From: Neoechinorhynchus agilis | Lineage: Eukaryota > Animalia > Acanthocephala | DNA length: 64,000 nt | Direction of reading: 5' to 3' | NCBI GenBank assembly: GCA_051530055.1 | Contig: CM121343.1 | Span: 1,272,389-1,336,388 of the forward strand | Part shown: in pieces, positions 36,170 to 51,134 of the stretch | Numbering within the stretch: position 1 is the first letter of the stretch | Layout: the number at the start of each line of letters is the position of its first letter | Made by a program: the position numbers and the translations under genes | Notes under the pieces: model-generated | The model's database searches: none | The model's input: only the letters and a program-made list of their open reading frames with translations | Told to the model about the DNA's origin: nothing

Positions 36170-37450
36170 ATATGAGAATCATAATTATCGAAAAGAAACA
36201 ATTTAGAAAAGCCGGTTTCTTGAAAACATAACATGTTAACATAATTATCAAATATACAAGGAGTAAGAAAAACGGGAAGACGCGAAGCCCTAGAGGCATT
36301 AAATGTAATGAAAGAGAAAGGAAAGTCCTTTAGAATTGGCACAAGTCATTAAGTAAATTTACGACGTTTGGAATCAATAGATTCCAAGTTACGTGAAGAT
36401 GGGGAAATATTCCTTTTAGAATGTTCACAATCAATCCATTTTTTTAGAGAGTTTAGGTTAGGTAATATAGATGATGTGTTAGAGGAAGAGTCCGATACAC
36501 AACAATTATCAAGTTTGTAAAGAATCCAAGTGGGGATGTCCTTAATAAAGGAGACTTTTTTACCGGTACCAAGTGGAGAAGTCGAGCGGGAAAATACTAA
36601 ACTATCAAAAGAAGCTTAGAGTTGTGACCATTATAGGAAGATTGAGTCTTCAACTCCTTTGAGGAAAAGCCGTCCGGAGAGAGAGGAGTTTTGTGAGGAT
36701 AGATTTCTCTATTATTTTTATTATAGTAGAACCGCTGCTTCGGTGATAAGGAATCGTCAAAGTATTTTTGCGCGAACTTGCAAGAACGCGCAAAGGCCGG
36801 ATGACTCTTGCCACAGTTGGCAGAATCGGAGTGAGAGCAGGATGATTTGTGGTGAGGACCTGCACAAAAGATGCATCTGGAGGGAAATACACAGTCCGAT
36901 TCGTGGTGCCCCCATCTAGAACACTTCTGACAGATTATCAAATTATAGTCATAGAGAAAGTCCTTATATCGGTCGAAAGTGACCCAGTATGAAAAGAAGC
37001 CTTTGCCGGAGTTAGCCAAACTCTCAGCGACATTGATTGTGGCTGAACATTGATGGCGTAGGCGGAAGTGGCATTGCGTCAAAATAAATATTTAACCAGT
37101 TTAATTCCTAACTCATCCTCAATTTTGCGAAAGTCAACAGAATCCAGGTCTTGAGGAGGATTCCTCATAAGAAAGGTGACTCTACGGGAAAGGTCAATAG
37201 ACTGTATGCTTAACTCCCCCAACATCTTAGAAAAGAGGTCTTTGCCTGCCACGTCGAAGAAGACAAATAGAATGTGGAATTTAGTCACCGAGAACCTCTT
37301 AATCAGAAAATTCATCGACTTCTCTCGACCACTAGGCTGTAGGTACTTCTCGTAGTAATTACGCGAAAATTACGAAGGGGATTTAGTACTCATGGCTTCT
37401 TTGGGAATTTTAATAACAAAGTCTTCTTTTCTAACCGGACGCTTAAACTT
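36170..37450 (-). mobile_element. Distant family-J-like LINE fragment (ORF1 knuckles + APE start)
   Basis: CQKCSRWGHHESDC, CIFCAGPHHKSSC, CGKSHPAF. APE start FITFNAS...LCFQET. Truncated against the CRE fragment. Confidence 0.7.
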
Positions 37451-37506
37451 TGATGCGTCAATAGAATGTTACATTTGATCCCCTTGGGAAACTTGTGCAC
37501 AATCAC

Positions 37507-37564
37507 TCAAAACCTCGCAATCACTCAGGGAGGGGTCAAAACCTCGCAATCACTCAGGGAGGGG
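37507..37564. repeat. Perfect 29-bp tandem duplication
   Basis: tcaaaacctcgcaatcactcagggagggg x2. Confidence 0.9.
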
Positions 37565-39879
37565 ATAGTAGGTACAAACCTTAAACTGGACATGTCCGAA
37601 TTAAAGTTGATCTGTTGGATGAAAGGAGCGCAATTTTGCATCAACGAAACAGCGCTCATTCGGCCATTTTTTATCTATAATGGATAATTTAACCACGGTG
37701 GTGTGAATGATCTAACGTTTTATACAAACATAATGTCGTCTTGGTTTATTGATTATACTTACTCAATTACGCCTAAAGTAGACTTATATTTGTTCAAAAT
37801 GTGTACCGGGCGCAAAATTACAATAGTGAACTCAAATGCAAAAATATGATTTAAATTACATTTTGTTAAAATGTAATAATGAAAGTCCCCATAAAATGCA
37901 ATCAATGTAGCGACCTATTTCACAAATACATTTCGTCTCTTTGCAAGATAAAGGGCTGCCAGAAGAGAATCCATCGACATCTTAAAAATCTCTTAAAGTT
38001 TTTGCCTTCATTTCTGACATTTCCAGCATTTAATTCTGGTGTTCCGGTTGGAAAATAATAAATGTTTATTGGTTTTTCGCGATGGTGCACCAATTACTTT
38101 CCCGCAAATAATTATATGTTAACAGTGAAAAATCCGTTCAAATAGCAGCACTACATAAATAATCGATAACCACGTTCTTGGAAGAAGATCGTGAACCTCG
38201 TCAGTTCTAGCTTTACCCAAACGGTCGTATTTTCGAGAGAAGCTAATATCCTATTTACGAGAACAAACTAGGTGAGAAAATAGAGATATTAGGTAAATAT
38301 CTCAGCATTTATTTTCCATTACAATAGTTTTTCATTGAAATATACGGTGTACTGCAGCATTGCAAACACAAGGATCGTAAATAGAAATGAACGTGTCATT
38401 GTCCTTAAAATTAATGATACAAAACTGGGCTCACGTCCGGAACTCCAATACGTACTTCAAGAGAATTGAGCGCTCATCTAACATTTTTTTCAAATTTGAT
38501 TTATCTTTGAACATATCACTGTTTCTTGTTCGTTTTATTTCTTGTCTGAATTTTGACAACAAGATGCTTCTTATTGACTTCGATGCATAGTGCAAAATGA
38601 AGGTTAAATGAATTTGTATCAAAATTCAACCTTTGTCTATAAGTGCGTTTTCAATCTTTTTTATCCTAGAAATAAAGCAGCTCTACGTATATTTAGCAGC
38701 TATCGAATAGTATATTTATATAGCACAACTCGAATTCTATTAGATCTCCGAATGAATATGACACCGTCCTGAAATATAAAGAATCATCCGTGTTAGAACG
38801 TTCTTACAATTCTGCCAATCCTTTTTGACATTAAAAGTTATCTGTGTGTTCCCCTGCAGCCTTCAATGAACGAATCAAACTAACGCCCTGGTGTAATTTT
38901 CACTTACCTGTATTTATTCCGATTAACACCCTTAAATGTTTTCCACGTTGCTCGCAGTCTAAATACCGACGGGCAACCAAATGCCGAAATTACCATCCTC
39001 ACAGAATTTAAAATTCGGACTTGAAGCAAATAACAAAAAATCTGCGAGTCAGCGAAGGTTTTAATTATCGCAAATATGAATTGATAAGAAACGCAAAGCT
39101 TCTCAGAATGACTGATCATTTCAGTTCGAGCTTCAAGACTTGTTCGTTGTATCATTTTAGCCGAAAAAAGTTTAGACATGAATTCAGAGTATCTTAGCCA
39201 TGCTACTTGTGGTGGAATATCCGCTGTTGTAAACAAAACGACGGATTAATCAAGTCTAGTTCATCCAAGTCATCAACGAACTTTCTCACTGAAGGTAGAC
39301 GACAAGGTAACCAGGCCCCGATGACATCCAAAAAATGGCACTGCAAATTCCGATTTAGGATTTAATGAAAATGAAGACAGCTTAGCCCAATCACATTTAA
39401 CATTCGAAGTCGTTACTAAGTAGTACTCACCCGACGAAACCTTAACTGAAAGATTACTATACTGAGCCTGGATTAATTTAGAGAACAAATACGCCTGAAG
39501 ATCGGCGGGCATAAAGATGGAGGTGTTGAAATCTTTTGGTTGACGCTCATCATTAATAGAGTCGATCGTCCTCCTGACCAATGAAAGTTTAGGAGGTTAG
39601 CCAAACACATAAAATTGGTGATGACCGTCAAGCTGGCTCCATAGGATGATAATGGAGTGTCTAGATAAGCAACCACTTTATAGGGACTAAAACTACTCAT
39701 ACCAGCAATATCCTCCAGAAAGATAGTCATCAAGAGTTCTCTATCTCTGATATCCAATAGCATTTTCATCAACATAATCCAGTTCCAGATCCAGTATAAA
39801 CATCATAAAAGACTTCCTTCATCTTTGATTTCCACGGAATTCACGGAAAAAAGAAAGGGAGGGTTCACGTAGTTATACG

Positions 39880-41650
39880 AAGAACGTCTCTATAGCTAAT
39901 TACAACGTATCAAATGCTTTTACGCTACCCTCTCACACTGTTCTTAAAACCTCGGAACTATTTTTTACAAGATTGGTCCGAGATTGTTGATCTCCGGAGA
40001 TTCTCACGATGCTTTCTAACTCCATCTCAACATACAGGGAAATCTGTAATTGGCTTCTCTGGAGGCTTACAATCTGTTATCTTAAGAAAATGGAAACCGA
40101 AACTTCTCATACAAAAAGAGAACGGTGATTTTGCCTATCAAGTTCTATCGATGATCAATCCCTTTTATTCACACTTTCTTTCTCTAGGAATGCACTTGAT
40201 CATTGCGAATTTTTATGTTGCACCTCAAAAAATTTCTTTATTTTTAAAATCAAACGCCAATAAGATTCAGGTATGGAATCAAGTCGTGGTTGGAGGAGAT
40301 ATTAACTCAAATTTTTTAACCCCATTTTTTTTAAACTATTCCAATTTCATAATCCTGTATTACCGAAATTTCCGTCTTTTCACAATTACCGGAAAGATTC
40401 CCATTAATTTTTAGATTGTTTATTCATTAAGAAATTTCTATTCAATTGACTTTCTACCCCACTCTACAAATGCAGTCTCAACAAATAATGGGACACGGTT
40501 GTATTGATTTATCTGATTTCTCTCTTAGAAAATTTAATGAACAAATTACCCTATTAAAATTATCTTAGACTCTGCTAACTCATGCTTGGTAAAGAAAGCT
40601 TTTATACGTATAGAATTCAATTCTAAAAATGCTAATTTGATCTACAATTAAGCTCCAATCGCAAATCTTTGTAACATGACAGAAATGTACAAATATTATA
40701 TGTGGCAATTTTACATTATATTATATAACGAGGAATGGGAAATGGACAAGAAAGCTCTTTTTTATGTGAAGCCTACTCTAAACTCGGCTGGAACATTATT
40801 TTAAAAAAGAAATCCATCAGCTGGAAAGCTAAAGCTGCAAGTTGGGTTGGTTCGGTATCTTATCCTTTGGTCGTTAAATCTACTCTTAACGCTCATACCT
40901 TTAATGCATTTATTAAACCTCCAATTCCCCCCCAGCAAAATATCGCAATAAATCAATATCTTTATTGTCCGGGGAGTAGGAATCACCTCAGTAACAAATA
41001 TTTTAGTTGGAATTTGAGTGAAGAAGAGTTACTAAAGGCTTGGAAATATAATTCATCCCTTGCAAATAATAATTATGCAGTTTCACCTTTTATATTATTC
41101 ACTAGTGTGAATGAAAAGAACAAATTGCTATTTTTAAAACACTTTAATGGCAAAATCAACATTGATGAATTAATAGAACTACATGTTGTAAAGAATATCT
41201 TCATCTCGAAAAACGAAGCTAAAATCACTAATGCCTCCCATATTTGAATTATTACAATACAAAACCCTGCAATCTCGGTCCTTGAACGAGAAATTGAACA
41301 TAAATTAATGAGTGATCTGTTGAAGAGAAATTCTATTCCAAAATACTTTCACTCTATCAGACGAATTCTAAAAAAACATTTCAAGTTTCAATTGGACCCC
41401 GCAGTCATGTACAACGTATTATTAACATTTATTAGCGGATTGATTTGCTTTTTTGCACGAGGACGTCCCCCAGAACTTAGAATGTTCTTTTTTAATAAAT
41501 GCAGAAATAAATTACAAACGATTTGTCGACAATTTAATTTTAGCTCTACTCTCCTCTCAGCACTTTATAGAATTTTTCCAAGGTTTATTTTTTCCGCTCT
41601 AGTAGTCCCCTTTCTAAATATATATTGGACTACAGTAACTTGTTTCTGAT
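39880..41650 (+). mobile_element. Heavily decayed L1/Tx1-like element (APE + post-RT region)
   Basis: IANYNV, IANFYVAP, VVGGDINS (APE). WKAKAASWVGSVSYPLVVKSTL resembles the L1-type post-RT segment. RT core not seen. Confidence 0.5.
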
Positions 41651-43069
41651 TTCATGCTCACAGAATACCTCTTTTAGAGATTCCACACTTAGTAAGAAAA
41701 ACAATTTTAGGGGGTGATATTTTTAATAATTTACTAGTCTGATTTTGCAAAATGACTGAAAAAGACAAAAATATATGTATGTTTGATTCTCAAAAGTAAT
41801 TTTTAGTAAAAGAAGGAGAGTATGGGTATTGAGGAGCTTAGAGATCGCTCAAACTCAGCTCCTACTATCCTTTAGTCTCCTATTTTTCGTTTGGAGCTCA
41901 ATAGAGTCGAACTCTCAAGCAATTAATTTTATCTGTATAACAGTACAACAGTATGCATGTGAAATAAATAAAAAAACGCAGACAAATAAGATGCCGATGA
42001 ATAGCCGAGTAAAGAATGCTGGTCTTGTTCCAATCTTTATGTTAGACCTCAAATGGCAAGTTTCGGCCTTGTGCAAGGAGGGGTCGTTGTTTGGCAAATT
42101 AAAAGTGTTAACATTCAACCATCAGAAGGCATAACTTATAGTAAAGATGTTCATCATTTACTTTTTATAGCAAATTATAATAATTGATTTATTTGATAAT
42201 TTCCGACATTGGTGTAGACCTTCTTCGGTCTATTGCTTGCAAGTTTTTTCAACTATGAATCGTCGACGAGGGTAAGATCCACGAGGCTGTATTTTACGCT
42301 GCTGCTATGTCTCATGGAGAAACAGCAAGAATTAATGGAGATGATGATAAAGCAAATTGGGATTTAAAAGAAAATGAAAACGCTGCGCAAGACAGCATGT
42401 TACTGGAAATATCTGCTGGGCCAAAATAGAAAGTGTTTCAAATGTGGAAGGATGGGACACTTGGCAGCCTTTGAGTATATAAACATTAAAGCTGCTCGAA
42501 ATTGTAACACGTATTAATTTAGTTTCGCTGACTATTTTATTGATCAATATGGCACAACTCAGAGCAAAAGAAACAATCCTTTCCAACCAAAATATTCCTT
42601 TGTTTGCTAGATTAAAATTGCTCCCTCGCTCGCTCCATTCTGCGACTACATGGCCCACTGTGAATAACCAAAGACGATTTAAGAAACACTCGTTTGCAGA
42701 ATTCGCATTCCTGACGCACATCCTCTGATTTATCATTGCGGTCACTAAATACATTTTGGTTAATAAAAGATTCTAATTTCAAATGGATGAAATTCTCCTA
42801 CCTCATTATGCAAGAAATTATTTCGACCAATCGAACTTTGTGATACTTTCATTAGTGCTTCTCATTGCTCAGCAACCAGTCCGCAATCGCAAACTTCTTT
42901 GAGACTTTCAATCGGCCTTTAAAAACGCATATTTTCAATCATAATCACAAAGGCAATTCGATTGACTTGCTTATATAAATATAAACACGTTTTATTAATT
43001 TAAGAAGAACGATCGTTTCACGATGAACTTTTGTGACTACTACCAGCAAAAGAAAATTTAACACCCAGA

Positions 43070-43597
43070 CACAATTAAAATTTACCAATTGATGCTTTAT
43101 TTTAGCAGCTTGTCAAAGGTACCAAAAATATACGGCATATCAACGGGCTGAAATATAAGACCGTCTGCTTGAAGGAGGTCATTTTGGAACATTTCATTCA
43201 AAATTTGTTTAGAGAAACTGAGGTCGTAAAAAATCCTTCTTTTGAATCCCAAAAGACTCTCGATTTCGATCTATAGTTTTGTGTTCGATAATAGCACGAC
43301 AACGAGGCTCCATAATCTCCCTCCAACTGAGTTCCGATTGTTTGTCATAATTCAGTTCCTTACAGGCAGAATGCTCGTTGAATGCCAGGATGTCAAATTT
43401 AAGGAATCTAGGAATCTGTGTACCACCCAAGACATCCTCCACAATCTCCCCATCAAGCAAAGTCTGAGGAAGATGATCTGTAGTGCCACGGTTCGTCACA
43501 AACGTATGTAAACAATGGAAGCCAGCCGATTCTCTTTAAAACTACACTCGTTTTTAACTAGCATGAACCGATATGAATTATCGGACTTCGCTGTCGC
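43070..43597 (-). pseudogene. RNGTT: mRNA capping enzyme guanylyltransferase pseudogene, copy 2
   Basis: ORF 43209-43499 nearly identical to 19631-19921. Confidence 0.8.
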
Positions 43598-46182
43598 ATT
43601 TAAAAGCTAGATTAGAGCGATTTTGAAATTCCCGAAAAATTGTAAATCTTCTTCTTGGTGAACAATCAAACCTGTAATATTCCTCGTTTTCTAATACTTC
43701 CACACGGAAACGATGTATTCACTTAGTCAACATGAATCTCTCATAACCGATCGAGCCGAGAATTGTGCGATCATCAGATTTTTTAGCGGACTTGAAATAG
43801 TGATTGGAATTGAAAGACCGATTAAATAATGCAACACCAAGCAGTGTTCTCTTCAAAAATTAGGTAAGCATCAATTGGGAATATATTCACGATCTAATAT
43901 TAAATTCAAAGATAAATCTCGAAATGTATTTTGACTATATCATTCGTGTGTGTGATAAAAGTCGTACTATTACAATTAAAAAGCCGAATTCATAGATTGT
44001 GCAAGAAAACCAATTCCAAATACAACAGGTAAGTTCAAAATATGCTCTAAAAAATTAATCAAATCTTTTTAGGCGACGACCAAGAAGACATTGCAAATGA
44101 AAACTCATTTGAAGATTTGCATAGCGATTCCAGTAATGACTGGTCAGGAATGGATAATTATGATGACCAAACACATCGAACAATACATCAAGTTATATCG
44201 ATTACGTTGTTATCGCTGAAACTTCAACCGCTATCGACTGCAGTTCAAAAGACTTTGGCAACTATTCCGATGGAACTATAGAAGGAAGAATGCGGTCAGT
44301 ACGAGTATATAAAAACAAAATCGACCAAAATATAAGATTCGAAGACAGTTGGGAAAAATGCTCTCTTCGTCCGAGGAATACGACGGAAAATATATTGAAG
44401 TAACTGAGTTGAAGCCACCAGACGCTTTATCTACTCCCAGAAGCTACGAACGGGTACATATTTCGTGGATAAGACTAATGAAACAAAAGGAGGAAGACGA
44501 TAAACATACCGATTGGTCCCACGATACTAAGAAATGCCGCGATTATGATTGGAAAATTTTTTCAACAGCGGTGCAAATAGAGAAATCGACCAATCATCTG
44601 ATGGCAGCGAAGAATCTCCAGTGCAGAAGCAATTGTGATTCGTTCATTCGACCATTGCGCCAGGACGGCAGCTAAGTTATCCAGAACGGTGGCGTAAACG
44701 TTTATAAACTCTCGGGCATTATATTATGGTGGCGATGCTTGCGTCAAAGCCAGTAAAAATATATAGCGTTGAAAGATGATAAGGACAAACAAATAAATAT
44801 TTGCAAGTCGTACCTCGACACAAATATTTGGAATGATAGTGCATTTTATTGGCAACTCAGAAATTCCAAGAATAACTCAAATAATGCCAAAAACGAAAAA
44901 AAGTTTTGAATGATAGATTTTCGTGCTTCCTACCAGCTTTACAAGCAGGTTAAATCATAGCTTCGTGGTTCGTTTATTATTTTAGTTTTAAATATTTATG
45001 TTGGATTTTCATTTACTTCATTGTATCAAACTACCTTAAAGCATAAATAATTATCTCAGTTAGAAGAAGATTTATCGACACCACGCAAATAAATGCAAAG
45101 ATTATTAAGAACTATAATATTTCTCAATACCAAATCGATCAAGGAACGTCATTAGTTCAGTGCGTAATCAATATTTATAATGTGCTTTTTAATATTACAG
45201 AAGGAAAAATGCTGTCAATAAGACATGTCAATTGCTGTTTTTTTATCAAGAGATAGAATCTACAGCTTATTGATTTTTATTGATACTTTTATTCATTGGA
45301 AGGGACACTTTCTTTTTGATAGTTACTTTACTCTTGAATTTGACATTCATCTTTTGCATCACTTGATCTCCTGGACTTTTTTCGACAATCGATAAACCTC
45401 AAGCAATTTAATCTCAATAAGCTTATCCAATTCCTCCTTAGATGTTGATTTGTTCATCGGTGTAATTATATTTCGATACTACATTTCTGCCCTGAGCTTG
45501 GGAGAATCTACATGGATATCGTCTTTTGGATTCATATTATGACGTTCACAAGATAGCTTTTCATTGAATATTTTGTAGCAATTCTCCCGATTGCTTTTGT
45601 ATCTCCCATTAAGATGCAATGGTACGAAATGCACACTGAGAGTATTGATACTATTGATTTTTTTGGCACAATTAACATTTTAGCATATTGGTGAAACTAT
45701 CATCGTCGTCTTTAGCGCTTCTTTTCCTATTATTTCGTTCATAATTTAAGTTAGAATTATAAGATTGAGGCCTTTGAACTATTTGTTAAAGAATCACTTC
45801 AGCGACCGACGTAGTGCTTGTTGGAATTGTTTGGGATTCCGCAGGTTCAAAATTAGCGTCCATATTTGCATTTCAGCTGTGGGGGCTGAATTCAAATCTT
45901 TTCCTTCGTTCAATGACGACAAAACGGTTTCAATAAAATTAAATGCTTCAAAAGAGAAGAGATATTGGATAACGGTTTCCACGCAATTTTTGTCCGCGTT
46001 GCATCCTCTCAAAAATCTAATGAAATCCTAGCAAGAAATTTTTCTATTGAATCGAGGGTGTAAATTTCGGACAAACTTACATCATGAGATCTCAAATTGA
46101 ATCTGTATTTTTGGGTATTTTTGAAAGATTTAAAAACTTACAAGCAATACCACAAAACAAAAACGTTATCCATCAAAAAGGA

Positions 46183-49100
46183 TAGTCAACGTCATCTCTC
46201 TCGTCACCATCCTCTCTCGCGTGAACGTCCTCCAAAATCGAAAACAATTGGCGATACGATTAAATCTTAATCGCCGTGCTAACCTTCATGGCTGGTAAAA
46301 AGTCCCGTAACCCAGCCTCTAAGGAGATCACCTGTTCGTGCCAAGGGTGCTCGATAACAACCCTCATCGCCTCAACGCGCCCTTCTTTATCTGTGGGTTC
46401 TGCTGCGCCAAGCTGCTGATCAAATTGGCACCAGATCGAATACCGTTTGGAATGCATTAGTCAATAAATAAGTTGTCGTCCGTTCAACACACGCCTTCTC
46501 CTGCCGTAAATTTGTGGATACCTCCCAAGGAACCCGCTGTTCCTTGTCAGAAATTAGACATACAACTGTTTTCCATCCCTCATCAGAAAATCGTCACACC
46601 TCAGACATACTGGTCACCACAGAAACCCGGCTCAGTGACTCAAACAAAGACCGCAGCCATACCTAACTTCACTCACTTTCACTCTGTTAGAGACCCAACC
46701 CAAAAAAATTCGGTCGGCCTTGAACAATCCACTTGCACTCTAGATGAACAGTCAACCACACCGTCACCCGACTTGACACCCATATCGCTACGACCACCAA
46801 AACTGACATTCTCGTCATTACGGAAACCTGGCTCTCCCAATTTAATAAGGACACTGCCATCATTCCCGTATTCTCCCCATTTCACCTAACTAGAGATGAT
46901 CGTTCTGGAGGAGGCGTCTCTATTTACTTGAAGTCCTCCTTACCATACACCATCTCCACCCCTCATTATTTTATATCAGAACATCTCGAATGGGTTCACC
47001 TTCAACTCTCTCTTTCTCTTCGTAACGGCAGCCGTGAAATGACCGTCGCCGGTGTTTATCGCCCCTGCCTTTACTCCCGCAGCAACATCTGAATAAATCT
47101 ACACCTTAATTAATGACAAACTATTGTTAAATTCTCAACATTTCCTGATTCTAGGAGACTTCAACCGTCTCCCTGCTCCACCGTCACTCTCTGATCTCTT
47201 ACAACTAGCAAACTTCCCCTCGCGTGGTTCATCCAAACTAAATAAAATCTTTACCAATATAGCCAAATATTCCGCTACCATTAAACTCCCACCCGTAGCG
47301 ACCTCGGATCACTGCGCCATCCTCCTCAGACCAATTGTTCCTCCGAAGCGACAGTCCTCCGACCCTTTCGCGGTCTGGAATAAACGTGAGCATCACTCTC
47401 ACTTCTTCTTCAACAAGGTAAGTGATGCTCTACCCGGAATCCGAAATTCTATATACAGCAACGACCCGTCTAAAGCCATGGCGGCATTGCACAATACTTT
47501 AGTCCATTGCATGTCTTTCCCTCGGAAAATGATTCGTATGTCGAATCGTGATCCACCATGGTTTTCACCTTTACTAAAATCACTGCAAGACAAGGTGAAA
47601 AAATCCTTTCGCTCCCGACATCCCGATTACCCAGAAATCCACAAGAGATTCACTGAGCACCTTCTTCACGCTCGCAAAACCTTCCTTTTTTCCAAATTAC
47701 CGTCATCACCTAATCGTTCCTGGTGAAGCGAGATCAAAAATGCCATAGGCCTTCACAGATCTCAGCCTTTCGCCAATCTGCATAAATGTCAGCTCGAAAA
47801 CACGCTCAACTCGATGAACACTACCATGTGCCCTCCCAAATCTTCCACTGACACAAGCGTCGTACGCCCCTGCGACGATCGCAACCATATGACCGGTGTT
47901 CCTCATTCACGCGTCTCCACTCTTGAGGTTTTCCTACTCCTCAAAAAACTACCACGTACATCATCCCCTAGCGCTCCGAATCCCAACTGGGCCATTCGCA
48001 TTATCATTTCCTTGATCTTTGAGCCTCTAGCTCATATCATCAATTCTAGCTTTGAAACGGGGATTTATCCAGACTGCCTGAAGACTGCTCGCGCCATTTC
48101 TATCCCTAAGGCGGGGAAGCCCGTTTCTCCGACTTCCTTTCGCACTATCTCTCTACTCTCGCCGTTTTCTAAAAATTTTGAAAAATGTTTCAAAACTCGC
48201 ATCCTCCCCATCTTTCTACAAAACATTTCGTTGAACCGATTCGGCTTCCGACCAGGATTCTGTTGTACTGACGCCCTCTTGTGCATTTACGATTCGATCC
48301 TGCGCAATCTTGACCAAGAACCGTCTTTCGTTTGTCGCCTCATCCAGGTGGATCTTGCCAAGGCCTTTGACTGTGTAGATCACGATCTTCTCGTTAAGGC
48401 CTGCGAGAAATTTGGCTTCTTACCCTGGCAAATAAGCTGGCTCACTTCTTTCCTCGCAAACCGGTCGCAATATTTTCAATGCGGGAATACCTGCTTAACG
48501 ACGCTTCCCATACATTGCGGTGTGCCACAAGGAGCTATACTATCGCCCTTACTTTTCGATATCTTCCTCAACGACCTTACACCCCTCTCAACGTCCGCTA
48601 AATATTTCCTTTATGCGGACGACCTAACCATCATAACCCATGCCCCTCCATCACTCTCGCTCAACCTCACGTCCGCAGAGATTGAAAATCTTAAAGATTT
48701 TTGCACCACCCATCAACTCTCAATTAATTTCTCCAAATCTTATGAACTTATTCCGTCGCATCGAAAACCTAGGACTGATATTCCACCGCCCCCTCTCGAT
48801 ATCCGACGCGTCACATCGCTTCGCATTCTGGGCCTAATCTTCCAACGCAACCTCAAATGGGACATTCACATTAATGGCGTCGTAGCAAAAGCCACTGCTA
48901 AATTGCATTTAATCAAGCGCTTGCGTTGCTTTCCTCTCTAAATAAACTAGCCTGCAAAATTTGCTCCAAGGACCTCCCACCAATCGAAGAACATCTTTCC
49001 CAAATCTTCGATAAATACATGGCCTCCCTGCGTTCATTTCCATCTAAATTTCTCCCGTTCATCTCGCCAGGGGAACCCGTCCGAAATACGCGATTTCCGA

Positions 49101-49329
49101 ACAGATTCAATCCGCCTCTCCCTCGAACCACACTATATAAAAAATCATTTTTTGCCATCGCACAATACACCCATGAGTCTACGGCCTCAATCGAAGGAAA
49201 GACTCAAGCGAATGCGACGACTTGCAACTCATTCCGAATTACAATCTCAATCAAACAGCACGAATCCAAAGATACATGGTTCCTGTGCTTGTTTGTGTGT
49301 GGAATAATAAAACGTGTTATTATTATTAT
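46183..49329 (+). mobile_element. LINE family B, copy 2
   Basis: Almost identical to 23040-26186, with the same stop and frameshifts. Confidence 0.9.
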
Positions 49330-49969
49330 AAATAGGTTTATCGATCAATAGATAGCGAGGTATTAGCACAAACGTTTTTCCCTCCACATATTTCGGAACA
49401 TCACGTGTATGGTTTCCTGAATGAAAAGTAGCCAATCAGCATGCACTAATTACCTGTCCTTGTAAAAAACATCGAATTTTAATGCTAAAGTAGCTGTGAG
49501 GTATTATCAACAACTAAGTCGCTTGTTCCGAAACGAATTTTCACGCCTCATTAGTTGTGTGTCATCAATTTTGCGGTTCAATCGACAGATAAAAATCGAC
49601 CTCTTTGACACGTATCGGTATTTCAACCGTAGACTATCAATATGTTAGTGATATCGTTTGTAACGTCTTGATAAGTGTCGAAAGCGACACAGTAAAGAAT
49701 TCCCCAATCAGAATGTTGCAAGTCAGCGGGGTTTTAGTGATATGAAATGTCATAAAATTTGCAGAAATTGCATTAGTTTTAATTTGGGATTATTTAAAAA
49801 TCACCGGTCATTCGAAGCGCTGCGTCAGGTTTATAGAAACATTTTGCTGTTATGTAACTGAACTTTTTCGTACATAATCAGAAAACCTGATAAAGATAGT
49901 AAAGCCTCCAAAATCTCGACTAACCGCAGTTTCCTAATTTTAGATAGTTTAGAGCTACAGATTTGAAGT

Positions 49970-50821
49970 ATGACGACAAGACAACCATTCGGGATAAGGG
50001 CACCACCAATCGAGGAAAGCGCACAATTCCTGCGGAACTACATCTCTGGTCAAGCCAATAGTTTCAGTCATCCAGATCCACCAACGTTCGACATTATTCA
50101 CCAAGGTCACCAAATATATAATCCCTTCAATGATTTTTACCTCGATCGAGAAGTCGAAAAAATTTTGGAAAACGCAGAAGATAATACTATAAATAATTGT
50201 GCACCTCCGCCCGGCTTTGATGATTTCACTTTTATTTTCAATGAGTCACCACCAAGCATTAATGAATTCAGTAACAATCATTCATCGATTGGAAATGCAG
50301 AATATTGCTTACCTCCACCGGGTTTTGAAAATTGCTCATTTACTTATTACGATAACGAGCCCGAAAACGAAGGATACTTCTCAACTCCACCAGTTTTCGA
50401 GAACGTGACTTTTGATTATTACGATTCACGATCAGGAATGGACGAATATGGCTCATCTCTTCTCTATTTTGAGAATCCGGCCTTTAATCACGAGGAGTCA
50501 TGGAATGAAAACGAAGATTACTACGAATCGTTTCTCGATTTTCAGGAATCAACCGTTATATTTAATGAGTCGTCGTTGGAATTCGAAAAATACAGCCAGT
50601 TTTTCACTCTATTTAATGAAATCGAGTCAAAAGAACCTCAAGGTCGTTATGTACGCCCAGCGACGTGCAAGATAATAGATTTGCAAGACAGTAGCACGCA
50701 AACGGAACCGAATATCGTATCGAAACCTTGGAATGGATTGACAACAATAAAGAATATTATTGATGCCGTTTACCAAGTGGCCGTTACGGCATTCAACTAC
50801 TTCAGAAGGATATTTTTCTGA
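49970..50821 (+). CDS. Orphan PPPGF protein, copy 2 (283 aa)
   Basis: In-frame 3-nt deletion and a few substitutions relative to copy 1, including third repeat PPGF to PPVF. Confidence 0.5.
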   Translation: MTTRQPFGIRAPPIEESAQFLRNYISGQANSFSHPDPPTFDIIHQGHQIYNPFNDFYLDREVEKILENAEDNTINNCAPPPGFDDFTFIFNESPPSINEFSNNHSSIGNAEYCLPPPGFENCSFTYYDNEPENEGYFSTPPVFENVTFDYYDSRSGMDEYGSSLLYFENPAFNHEESWNENEDYYESFLDFQESTVIFNESSLEFEKYSQFFTLFNEIESKEPQGRYVRPATCKIIDLQDSSTQTEPNIVSKPWNGLTTIKNIIDAVYQVAVTAFNYFRRIFF

Positions 50822-51134
50822 CCGTTCAAAGTTAAGCATCGATTATTAATAAAATGTGTTATTATTATATAGTTTTGTAATTGTTCGTGAAATTAAAAAT
50901 GTTCCATATTCGAACAAGGCCTTGGCTCATTAGCACTTATACAATCATACAAATCCTTGGGAGCACTTGGTTTTTATATCACACCATTTCTTTATTTGTG
51001 GTACCCAATCCTCAATGTTCTAAATTTGAAATAGTGAGAGCGTTGGTAAGCGTGTACGCGAATTTAGAGGTCAGGCCAGAGATCGACGAAGCACTCCAGA
51101 ATCTCTAAACTCCTGATATTTCTAGGCCAAACTA

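Larger units (their letters stand above)
41815..51110. repeat. Duplicated block, copy 2 (segment A + about 15378-15470 + about 19442-27880 equivalents)
   Basis: Collinear repeats of the same ORFs. Offset 23143 across the LINE. Confidence 0.92.

Noticed and set aside
37850-38050. Penelope RT motif (DGFSSGSPLS, minus strand)
   Set aside because: A single short match among stops, with no supporting motifs.
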